IMG/VR virus record: IMGVR_UViG_3300037070_002091
Location: 1-51,987 of that record
Strand: one strand, 5' to 3'
From: a virus
Lineage: Duplodnaviria; Caudoviricetes
DNA: 51,987 nt
Part shown: in pieces, positions 43,851 through 51,987 of the stretch
Layout: each line of letters starts with the position of its first letter
Position numbering within the stretch: position 1 is the first letter of the stretch
Made by a program: the position numbers and the translations under genes
Notes under the pieces: model-generated
What the model saw: only the letters and a program-made list of their open reading frames with translations
What the model was told of the DNA's origin: nothing
Database searches by the model: none

Positions 43851-46800
43851 TTGGGCGTCTCAGCTTACTACGACGACGAAGGCAGCCTGGTCTTTCAGAC
43901 GACACCCGTTCCGACGCGGTTCTTCGCTGATCGCGAGGAGTTCACCCGCCTGACGCTGCCGGTGCTGGACGGGTCGACGGAGTCCGAAGAGGGGGTCGTC
44001 TATGTCCAGGTCGGAGATACGATTTCCGTTGACCCCGCCGGCACCTACTCGGACGACGCGACTCTGGTCTACACGTTGCGTCGGTACGATACGGAGGGCG
44101 TGGAGCAGGGCAGCGACGTAGGCACGAGCTGGGTCGTCCCCGATCATGTGGGGCAGACGCTCGTGATTGAGGAGAAGGCGACGGACGCCCTTGGGCGCAT
44201 CCTGTTCGTCTCCACCAGCTCCGTTGTCATCCTTCCCGTCGACCTCGATGCCATTCCGCCTGTCGTCGCCCAAGCGCCGACGATCGCCGGCCTGGCCGCC
44301 GTCGGGGAGACGCTCTCCGTGGTGAGCTCGGGCGTCTGGCTGGGCGAGCCCGCGCCCACCATCGCCACCAACTGGCAGCGGGACGGGGTCGACATCGGCG
44401 GCGCGACGAGTAGCACCTACGTCCTACAAGTCGCTGACGATCACACCGATATCCGCCTGCGAGCCACGGCTACGAATGCCTCTGGCAGCGCTACGGCGTA
44501 CAGCGACGCCATCCCGATCACGACTCCCACGATCATCGCGACGCAGGGGCGCTCGGGCGCGACGTTGACCCCGTTCGACAACGCCGCGGCCGGGGCCGAG
44601 GCGGGGCACATGATCGTGCTCGCGGCCTTCGTCCACAACTCGACGACGCCCCCGCCGCTTGTCGATGACGAGACCTGGGTTTCGCCGCCCAACGGCACCT
44701 CGGCATCGAGCAACTCGGCCGCCCGGCTATCCTACCATATCGTGCAGGAGAGCGACGCCGACGCCACATGGACGGTGCTGGGCGCCACGCGAGCAGTCGC
44801 GGCCTACGTCAAGGACTTCTACCCGGGCGACCCCCTTTCCTTCTCGGGCTGGGTTGCCAGTGGGGACTCAACCCCAGACTGGCCCGCGTTCGACGTCGAC
44901 CTGGCCGGGCTGATGATGGCTTTCCGCTGCATTCGCGGCAGCAACAAGCCCGTGCGAGTTTATCCTGGGATGCAGACCCTGGTGGACACGAACAACTCGC
45001 AGATGCAGCTCCAGGCCGCCGTCACGGGGGATAGCGCGCCCTATGTGACCGTGCCAACCGGCGATCTCGCTGCCTACTCCGAAGTCGATCTTGGCAGCGC
45101 CTCGCAGCAGGCTCACACCGGGCTCGTGCTCATCAACGACTGGTCGAGCAACGTCGTCGCCCCCATCAACTACCAGCTGCCCACCTTCGCCGGCGTGCCG
45201 ACAGTCGGGCAGACCCTCACCAAGCTCCACGACGGCCTTTGGTTTGGTCTGCCGGTGCCCACCTACGCCTACCAGTGGCGGCGCGACGGCGCGAGCATCG
45301 GCGGGGCCACCAGCACCTCCTACGTCCTGCAGGCGGCCGACGCCGGCACGCAGGTCAGCCTCCAGGTGACGGCGACGAACAGCCAAGGCAGTGCGCAGGC
45401 TGCCGCGAACTCGGTTTCCGTGGCGGCCGCGCTGGTTTCGCCGGTCAACACCGCGATTCCGACGATCACCGGAACCCCGGCGGTCGGGCAGACTCTCACC
45501 GCGGCCAGCGACGGCACCTGGACGGGCACGCCGGCCCCGACGCTCACGCGCAAATGGCAGCGAGACGGCGTCGACATCGCCAGCGCCACGGCTTCGACCT
45601 ACCTCCTGGTGACGGCGGACGCCGGGCACAACGTCAGCGTGCTGGTGACGGGCACAAACGCCTCGGGGAGCTCGAGCGCCAGCAGCAACCCGGTCGCCAT
45701 CCCCGCGGTCACGGTGGCCCCGGTCAACACCGTCCTCCCGACGATCAGCGGCACCCCGACCGAGGGCCAGACCCTTACGGCGGCCGACGGCACCTGGACG
45801 GGGACCCCCTCTCCGACGCTCACGCGGAAGTGGCAGCGCGATGGCGTCGACATCGGCGGCGCCACCGGCACGACCTACGTGCTGGTGACTGCGGATGTCG
45901 GAACCGAGGTAAGGGTGCTGGTCACGGGGACCAACACGGCAGGAAGTTCCGCTGCGGCCAGCAGTCCGGTCACGGTGGCTCCGATCTCGGTCGCGCCGTC
46001 GAATACGGCAGTACCGACCATCTCGGGCACGCCGACCGTAGGGCAGACGCTCACCGCAACCAGTGATGGCACATGGACCGGTACGCCGACGCCGACGCTC
46101 GCGCGCAACTGGCAACGGGATGGAGTGGACATCGGTGGCGCCACCGGCACGACCTACGTGCTCCAGGCCGGGGACGCGACGCATCAGATAAGTGTTCTGG
46201 TAACAGCGACCAATACGGCGGGCAGCGCCACCGCGAGCAGCACATCCCTGACGATCGACCCGGCGGCCCAGGCCCCCGTTAACACGGTCGCTCCGACGAT
46301 TTCCGGCACCGGCACCGTCGGGCTGACGCTCACGCGCGTCAGCGACGGCACATGGACCGGGACGCCAACTCCGACGCTCGCCCGCAACTGGCAGCGCGGA
46401 GGCGTCGACATCGCTGGGGCTACGGGCACAACCTACGTGCTGCAAGCGGCGGATAGTGGGCAGCAGATTCGCCTGCGGGTCACGGGAACGAACTCGCAGG
46501 GCTCATCGAACGGGTTCAGCATCGCAACCTCTGTCACCGCCCTTACTGCCCCGGTCAACACAGTCGCTCCGACGATCTCGGGGACAGGCACGATCGGCAA
46601 TACTCTCTCGCAAGTCAGTGCCGGCACCTGGACGGGCAACCCCACGCCGACTCTCACGCGCAACTGGCAGCGGAACGGCGTCGACATCGCCGGCGCGACC
46701 GCGACGACCTACGTCCTACAGGCGGCCGACGGCGGCCAGAACATCCGCCTACGGGTCACGGGAACGAACAGCCAAGGCGTCGCCTCCGGGTTTAGCATCG

Positions 46801-48695
46801 CAACCGCCGTGGCCGCGGCCGTGGCCCCGGCCAACGTCTCGCTTCCCGCGATCTCGGGCACGGGGGCGGTCGGGCAGACGCTCACGATGGAGGATGCCGG
46901 CGGCTGGACCGGCACGGATCCTATCACCTACGCACGCAACTGGCAGCGGTCTGGCGTCGACATCGTCGGCGCGACCGGGACGACCTATGTCCTGCAGGCG
47001 GCCGATGCCGGCCTCAACGTCCGCCTGAGCGTCACCGCCACCAACATCGCCGGATCGGCGACGGCGCGCAGCGCGGTAGTCAACGTCGCCGCCACGGATG
47101 TCCCGGTCAACACGGTGCTGCCTGACATCACTGGCTCCGCGGTTGTCGGATCGACGCTCAATGGCACCCTAGGCACGTGGACGGGCTCGACCCCCATCAC
47201 CTACGCCCGCCAGTGGCAGCGCGACGGCGTGAATATCTCCGGGGAGACCTCGAGCGCCTATACGCTGGTCGCCGCCGACGCGGGGCACAACGTTCGCGTA
47301 CGGGTGGTGGCGACGAACAGCGCCGGATCGACGACGGCGTTCAGCGCGGCCGAGCTGATCGAGAGCGGTGCCTCCGGCGATTGGGCCGTCGTCAACGTCA
47401 CCCCGAGCAACTATCTGACGCAGTTTCGGGCTGCGCGGACCAAGAAGACCAGCTATAGGCTCGCGGCGGGAATCTACGACGATTTCCTGTGGCCGACCAA
47501 TATCACCGACTTTGAGATCGAGATCGTTCCGCAGGACCGGAATAATCCACCGACTATGCGCGCAGTTGCGTTCGGGGCAAATGCTGACCGGGGAAAACGG
47601 CGCAACTTCGCGCACATCACCTACTCGTTCGGCAGCAATTTCACCAAGAAGGTCACGTTTGACGGTATTGATTTCATCGGGGAGCGGTGGACTAGCTGCG
47701 AGAGTGTTTTGGGCGGAACGCAGAGCTTCACGAACGCCGCGCAGGGCGGCATGCCGGACAGCGGAACACCTACTGATAGCCCCTTCCTGGCGGGCAACGA
47801 GGGCGGCATTGCCTGGCGTATCTACGGCACAACGCATCCGGCGTGGAAGTCGGGATTTCTCGGGAAAAAGGAAAGTGCCGGATATATCGGTCTTGACGTT
47901 AACTCAAGCGTCGTCATGGAGGTGAAGAACTGCCTGTTTAACGGTTACTCCATCCAGTTCAACTTTAGCGGCAACGGGTCGATAAACTGCCATCACAATA
48001 CATTCGAGGATGTCTGCGAAGACGGGATGAAACCTACTAGTAACAACGTCTGGTTTCATCACAACGAATGCAGGTATTCGAGGGTGCCGACGGAGGAGAT
48101 CGCGAACGCCTCGGGTGGGCCGGGGAGACCGCATCCTGACTTCTGGCAGCAGCCATCCGGTGCCGTTAGCGACCTGGTCTTCGAGAAGAACGTGTTCATC
48201 GACTTCGAGAATGGCGCGGCACGCCCGGGCCAGATGCACGGCGCTCTCATTCGCAACGGCTCGAGCACCGGCCGCGCCGAGCGCGTCGTGGTCAGGTGGA
48301 ACGAATGGCGCATCTGCAGTGACAGCGGCGTGCTTCTCAGCGACGTGCAGCATGATGGCGGTAGCGGCATCAACGGCAGCAATCTGGACCTGATCATTGA
48401 GGGAAATAAAGTGTGGACCGGCGGGAAGCCGGGATCAGAGAACAGTGGCGGTCCTCAGTTCCCATTCTACAAAGACTTCGACGCTTCGGTTGCCGCTGGT
48501 GGAACGCGTATTCGCTGCACGAACAACGTCTCTATTCCGAACCGCGGGGCTTACCACGGCATCGGGACCAACAATCGCGAAAGCAATTCCGCTACCGTAT
48601 GGCCCGATAATTGGGTGGAGATCGCCCGGGATCGTGTTGGCCCGGGTCAGCCCTTCTCCGGCCGGTATGGCGCGACCGCCGGCGTGCCGGCATGA
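43851..48695 (+). CDS. Giant Ig-like-repeat fibre/adhesin with C-terminal beta-helix domain
   Basis: Nine ~93-aa repeats P.N…P.ISG…VG.TL…G.W.G…WQR.G..I.GAT..TY.L…D; C-terminal ~430 aa with EDG.K and HPDFWQ. Start is uncertain (TTG 43851; frame open from 43797). Confidence 0.8.
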   Translation: MGVSAYYDDEGSLVFQTTPVPTRFFADREEFTRLTLPVLDGSTESEEGVVYVQVGDTISVDPAGTYSDDATLVYTLRRYDTEGVEQGSDVGTSWVVPDHVGQTLVIEEKATDALGRILFVSTSSVVILPVDLDAIPPVVAQAPTIAGLAAVGETLSVVSSGVWLGEPAPTIATNWQRDGVDIGGATSSTYVLQVADDHTDIRLRATATNASGSATAYSDAIPITTPTIIATQGRSGATLTPFDNAAAGAEAGHMIVLAAFVHNSTTPPPLVDDETWVSPPNGTSASSNSAARLSYHIVQESDADATWTVLGATRAVAAYVKDFYPGDPLSFSGWVASGDSTPDWPAFDVDLAGLMMAFRCIRGSNKPVRVYPGMQTLVDTNNSQMQLQAAVTGDSAPYVTVPTGDLAAYSEVDLGSASQQAHTGLVLINDWSSNVVAPINYQLPTFAGVPTVGQTLTKLHDGLWFGLPVPTYAYQWRRDGASIGGATSTSYVLQAADAGTQVSLQVTATNSQGSAQAAANSVSVAAALVSPVNTAIPTITGTPAVGQTLTAASDGTWTGTPAPTLTRKWQRDGVDIASATASTYLLVTADAGHNVSVLVTGTNASGSSSASSNPVAIPAVTVAPVNTVLPTISGTPTEGQTLTAADGTWTGTPSPTLTRKWQRDGVDIGGATGTTYVLVTADVGTEVRVLVTGTNTAGSSAAASSPVTVAPISVAPSNTAVPTISGTPTVGQTLTATSDGTWTGTPTPTLARNWQRDGVDIGGATGTTYVLQAGDATHQISVLVTATNTAGSATASSTSLTIDPAAQAPVNTVAPTISGTGTVGLTLTRVSDGTWTGTPTPTLARNWQRGGVDIAGATGTTYVLQAADSGQQIRLRVTGTNSQGSSNGFSIATSVTALTAPVNTVAPTISGTGTIGNTLSQVSAGTWTGNPTPTLTRNWQRNGVDIAGATATTYVLQAADGGQNIRLRVTGTNSQGVASGFSIATAVAAAVAPANVSLPAISGTGAVGQTLTMEDAGGWTGTDPITYARNWQRSGVDIVGATGTTYVLQAADAGLNVRLSVTATNIAGSATARSAVVNVAATDVPVNTVLPDITGSAVVGSTLNGTLGTWTGSTPITYARQWQRDGVNISGETSSAYTLVAADAGHNVRVRVVATNSAGSTTAFSAAELIESGASGDWAVVNVTPSNYLTQFRAARTKKTSYRLAAGIYDDFLWPTNITDFEIEIVPQDRNNPPTMRAVAFGANADRGKRRNFAHITYSFGSNFTKKVTFDGIDFIGERWTSCESVLGGTQSFTNAAQGGMPDSGTPTDSPFLAGNEGGIAWRIYGTTHPAWKSGFLGKKESAGYIGLDVNSSVVMEVKNCLFNGYSIQFNFSGNGSINCHHNTFEDVCEDGMKPTSNNVWFHHNECRYSRVPTEEIANASGGPGRPHPDFWQQPSGAVSDLVFEKNVFIDFENGAARPGQMHGALIRNGSSTGRAERVVVRWNEWRICSDSGVLLSDVQHDGGSGINGSNLDLIIEGNKVWTGGKPGSENSGGPQFPFYKDFDASVAAGGTRIRCTNNVSIPNRGAYHGIGTNNRESNSATVWPDNWVEIARDRVGPGQPFSGRYGATAGVPA
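45160..47350 (+). repeat. Eight tandem ~280-bp coding repeats (Ig-like domains)
   Basis: Recurrent GGCACCTGGAC, TGGCAGCG…GGCGTCGACATCG and ACCTACGT[GC]CT motifs; boundaries approximate. Confidence 0.85.
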
Positions 48696-49378
48696 TCGCA
48701 GACGCCAGCGCCTTCTTCACGAAGTGGAGGGACGGCTTCGGCCCGATCTCGCAGAAAGAGGTCGACGGGCTGAACGCGCTCTTCGCCGAGATGGAGGGGC
48801 GCGGTTGGACCGACAGGCGGTGGTGGGCCTACGTGCTCGCGACGGCCTGGCACGAGACGGCGTCCACGATGCAGCCGCTCGCCGAGTACGGCAGGGGCAA
48901 GGGCCGCCCCTACGGTCAGCCCGACGCCACCACCGGCAAGACCTACTATGGCCGCGGCTTCGTGCAGCTGACGTGGAAGGAGAATTACGCCAAGCTCGGC
49001 GCCCTTCTCGGGATCGACTTGGTCGGCAATCCCGATCTTGCGTTGCAGCCCGAGCCGGCCGCCGAGATCATGGCGCTCGGGATGGAGAAGGGGCTTTTCA
49101 CCGGCAAGGCGCTTGGCGACTACTTCGATGCGGACACCGACGACCCGATCAACGCCCGGCGCATCGTCAACGGCACCGACAAGGCCAGTCTGATCGCCGG
49201 CTACTACGCCAAGGCTCTCGCCGCGGTCGACACCGGGTGGGGTGCGCCTGTTCCAAAAGATCGTATGACCGAAATCGAGGCGGATTTCGCCGCCCAGGCC
49301 GATCGTCTCGCCGCGCTGGAAACATGGGCCGCCTCCGTCAACGCAGCCCTGGACCGACTGGAGACCCGCCGTGCTTGA
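48692..49378 (+). CDS. Endolysin, GH19 (chitinase/lysozyme-like)
   Basis: AYVLATAWHET, YYGRGFVQLTWKENY and ARRIVNG motifs. Confidence 0.92.
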   Translation: MIADASAFFTKWRDGFGPISQKEVDGLNALFAEMEGRGWTDRRWWAYVLATAWHETASTMQPLAEYGRGKGRPYGQPDATTGKTYYGRGFVQLTWKENYAKLGALLGIDLVGNPDLALQPEPAAEIMALGMEKGLFTGKALGDYFDADTDDPINARRIVNGTDKASLIAGYYAKALAAVDTGWGAPVPKDRMTEIEADFAAQADRLAALETWAASVNAALDRLETRRA

Positions 49379-49706
49379 ACCCCGCACCGCGCCTTCCGAG
49401 GTCTCCGCTCCCGCCGCTGTAGCGGTACAGGTCGGTCCTCAGCCGACCAACAAGGTCTCGGCCGCGGCCAATGCCGGCGGGGGCATCGGCGGCATCATCG
49501 CCGGCGCCATGACGCTCTACGGTGATGACGCCCTTCGCGAGGTTCTGGCGATGACCGCGCTAGGGCCAAAGATGACCGACCTCGTGTGCCTGATAGTCGT
49601 CTCGGCCGCGGTCTATCTGGGCACCAAGTACGGCGCGCAGGCTGCCGCATACAACGTGCTCGACAAACCTAACGTCCCCCTAGCTCCGGTGGAGAATACG
49701 CCATGA
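49371..49706 (+). CDS. Putative holin
   Basis: Follows endolysin; PTNKV start motif and two hydrophobic segments. Confidence 0.6.
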   Translation: MLEPRTAPSEVSAPAAVAVQVGPQPTNKVSAAANAGGGIGGIIAGAMTLYGDDALREVLAMTALGPKMTDLVCLIVVSAAVYLGTKYGAQAAAYNVLDKPNVPLAPVENTP

Positions 49707-49930
49707 AACGTGCCTTTATGCTTCCGCTGCTCCTTCTCCCGCTCGGCGCCTGCGCCGGTGGCGGCGCGCCCACCGCCGACGAGTGTGCGACCGCTCGCGC
49801 CGGCCTCGCCGCCGCGCAGGCCTTGGCTGTCGGTGTCGATTTCACCCCCGAGCACCAGGCCACCGCCGACGAGGCGGCCGCCGCCGCTGCCGCTCTCGTC
49901 GGAGCTCTCTGCCCGGCGCCCGCGGCCTGA
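49703..49930 (+). CDS. Small lipoprotein (possible spanin component)
   Basis: MKR + hydrophobic stretch + LGAC lipobox; Ala-rich with two further Cys. Confidence 0.7.
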   Translation: MKRAFMLPLLLLPLGACAGGGAPTADECATARAGLAAAQALAVGVDFTPEHQATADEAAAAAAALVGALCPAPAA

Positions 49931-49932
49931 CG

Positions 49933-50067
49933 ATGATCGGGGAGGAGCTTGGTCTCCCCGAGGAATTGCAGCGGGACCCTGACAGCGCCCCACCGCGGCG
50001 CCCCTGGCGCCTATGGCTCGCTCTCGGGATCGCGTTGGCGCTTCTCGTCGCCGTCATTGCCTTGTAG
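49933..50067 (+). CDS. Small C-terminally anchored membrane peptide
   Basis: 44 aa ending WRLWLALGIALALLVAVIAL. Confidence 0.5.
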   Translation: MIGEELGLPEELQRDPDSAPPRRPWRLWLALGIALALLVAVIAL

Positions 50068-50112
50068 GCCGCAGTCCAGTATCGTCTGGCAGTCTCATCC
50101 GCAGGATCCGAC

Positions 50113-51822
50113 ATGACCTACCCTGTCGCGCCGACGATCGCCACGAGCTACACGGCGTTTCAGCAGGCGCAGGGCGATAATTCGTTTCCTGGGGCGCAGC
50201 TCGACGCCGATCTTCGGAACCTGCGAGACGCGATCACCGCCGTCAACAACGCGCTCAAGCTGATCCAGCGTTCCGACGGCGAGGTGGCCAACGGCACGAT
50301 CGGGAACGAGCAGCTGGCCGCGGGACTGGTCCTCGGGATCGAGCCGCCGACGGGGTGGATCACGGGCACGGTTTACGCCTACGCCGCTACGGTGTTCGCT
50401 GAGAACGGCTACTACGTCTGCATGACCGGCCACACCGCGGGCGACTTCTCCTCCGATCTCTCCGCCGGCTACTGGCTGCTGCTCATCAACTTCGAACCCT
50501 ACATCCAGGAGTCGGTCGACGACGCGATCGGCGATACTATCGACGAGGCGGCCGGCGATGCCGTGGACGCCTCGATTGCCGCGTCAAACCTGGTGCCGCA
50601 GACCGCATCGACCACGGCGCTCATTGGCACCGCCGCGACGGCAAACCGCGGGGTCCGGCTCACGGACTCGATCCGCGACGCGACGTTCCTCTGGGACGCC
50701 GCCATCACCCCGGCGGAGTACGCCCTTGACCCGGAGGGGCTGGTCTACGTCGTTCCTGTTGACGGTGAGAACGGCGCGTGGGTCAACCCGCTCGCCGACC
50801 GGCGCCGCGGCCTCTGGACGGATAGCGCCATCCCGGGTCGGAGGCTCCGCGTCACCTCCGGGCTCTTCGCCGGCAAGAACGCCGTCACGTACCTTGGCGC
50901 CACCGAAGGTAACAACGGAGATTCCGAGTTCTGGGTTCACGACGACGATGACGACCATTGGTGGGTAGCCAATGCGGGGAATTTGCTTGAGCGAGACGGG
51001 GGCAGCATCAACACCGCCATCGTGTCGCGCGGCCCGGTGACGGGCTCCGGTTACACGGTCGGGCTCCTGATCGGCACCGTCGGCCGGAACACTGGCGTCG
51101 GGGCCAACACCAGCCATTGCGTCTACTTTGAGAGCGTCGCTTCGGCGACCCACGCCTCGAACGCCGGTGTGGGCGAGTTCGAGATCATCAACCAGCGCGG
51201 CGCGAGCTCGGTTTCCGACGGCGAGAAGCCCTACATCGCTGCGACCAGCCTGACCTACCTCTTGGGCCTGGGCGCCGGCGGCGGGCGCGGGGTGAACGCC
51301 GGCGACAACGTCGATCACCTCTTCCGCGTCGTCGGCAACGGCGCGAAGTTCAAGGCGGGCATCACGTTCAAGAACGGCGCGCTCGTCGCTGATGGGAATA
51401 CCGAGCATCGGGCGATGCAGCTCTACACGGGCAACAGCTTCGTTTGGTATCGCTCGGGCGACACCGAGTCGGCGCGCATCGTTTGTAACTCAACTACCGG
51501 CGATATGTGGCGGATGGCCTTTGGCGACAGCCTGTTCGCCATCAGTCGTGGCGGCGACCTGGGCATCGTTTTCGAGCCTGTGGCGGACGCGACCCGCTAC
51601 CTCAAGATCACCAGCGCCGCGGGTACGGACCCGGTGAAGGTCGAGGCCGTTGGCGGCAACGCCGACTTGATGCTCAAGCCGGCCGGCTCCGGTGTGGTTC
51701 GGTTCGGCAACACCCGTCAGGCAGCCTCGAACGCGGCCAATTTCACCGCCACTGGCTACCTCGAGATCAAGGATTCGTCGGGCACCAGTTACTACGTCCC
51801 TGCACGAGGAGCGACTTGGTGA
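50113..51822 (+). CDS. Tail fibre / tailspike
   Basis: N-terminal anchor shared with 50..862; CBM-like W.TGT.Y…Y.C..GHT…F..DL.AGYW module; Gly/Asn-rich beta body. Confidence 0.8.
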   Translation: MTYPVAPTIATSYTAFQQAQGDNSFPGAQLDADLRNLRDAITAVNNALKLIQRSDGEVANGTIGNEQLAAGLVLGIEPPTGWITGTVYAYAATVFAENGYYVCMTGHTAGDFSSDLSAGYWLLLINFEPYIQESVDDAIGDTIDEAAGDAVDASIAASNLVPQTASTTALIGTAATANRGVRLTDSIRDATFLWDAAITPAEYALDPEGLVYVVPVDGENGAWVNPLADRRRGLWTDSAIPGRRLRVTSGLFAGKNAVTYLGATEGNNGDSEFWVHDDDDDHWWVANAGNLLERDGGSINTAIVSRGPVTGSGYTVGLLIGTVGRNTGVGANTSHCVYFESVASATHASNAGVGEFEIINQRGASSVSDGEKPYIAATSLTYLLGLGAGGGRGVNAGDNVDHLFRVVGNGAKFKAGITFKNGALVADGNTEHRAMQLYTGNSFVWYRSGDTESARIVCNSTTGDMWRMAFGDSLFAISRGGDLGIVFEPVADATRYLKITSAAGTDPVKVEAVGGNADLMLKPAGSGVVRFGNTRQAASNAANFTATGYLEIKDSSGTSYYVPARGATW

Positions 51823-51987
51823 ACCCTAGCACCGATACCGTCGTCACGCCCAAGGGATTGCTGCCGGCGATCCATCGCTACCTGGGGACGCAGCCGTTCG
51901 CCCAGGTGCGCCTGTTCGTTGAGGGGCTCGAGGCCTGCGTGATCCAGCCGCCCGCGCCGCCCGCGCCGCCCGCGCCGCCCGCGCCGC
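51819..51987 (+). CDS. Small protein (possible fibre chaperone), runs off the contig end
   Basis: GAGGA RBS, GTGA coupling; …IHRYLGTQPFAQVRLFVEGLEACVIQ(PPA)n. Confidence 0.7.
   Translation, partial: MNPSTDTVVTPKGLLPAIHRYLGTQPFAQVRLFVEGLEACVIQPPAPPAPPAPPAP
51948..51987 (+). repeat. CCGCCCGCG 9-bp microsatellite (also at 7-30)
   Basis: About 4.4 copies at the end and about 2.7 copies at the start. Confidence 0.95.

Noticed and set aside
45160-47350. Diversity-generating retroelement TR/VR repeats
   Set aside because: No reverse transcriptase; the repeats are tandem in-frame protein domains without adenine-specific differences.
1-51987. Integrase, RNA polymerase, SNF2 helicase, tRNA or IS elements
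   Set aside because: No diagnostic motifs or cloverleaf seen by eye; absence needs confirmation by HMM searches and tRNAscan.

Overview
The window is almost certainly a near-complete, circularly permuted genome of a high-GC podovirus-type tailed phage; an alphaproteobacterial host is my inference. The contig breaks inside a CCGCCCGCG (Pro-Pro-Ala) microsatellite, and one small gene spans the end-to-start junction. Modules in order: (1) fibre, membrane proteins, TerL, portal, scaffold, major capsid, adaptor fused to a tailspike, nozzle, GNAT, ejection proteins and a TIGR02594-type hydrolase (1-21.6 kb). (2) Cro-like regulator, RuvC, stand-alone TSCPD domain and an APSE-type replication set with DUF2800 nuclease, DUF2815 SSB, PolA and a methyltransferase (21.9-30.1 kb). 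(3) An accessory run of small ORFs containing a secreted sulfatase and a GH16 glycosidase, then a primase-helicase and a likely origin (30.1-39.2 kb). (4) A minus-strand early operon (39.3-41.7 kb). (5) TerS, a repeat-rich non-coding region with a candidate anti-Shine-Dalgarno sRNA, a giant Ig-repeat/beta-helix protein, a lysis cassette and another fibre (41.9-52 kb). I recognised no integrase, RNA polymerase, tRNA or CRISPR array. The most unusual signals are a shared C-terminal acidic-[IVL]-F-x-stop tag on about 11 unrelated proteins, two families of repeated promoter/operator motifs, the candidate sRNA and the sulfatase/GH16 pair. All family assignments come from motif recognition by eye, not database searches.
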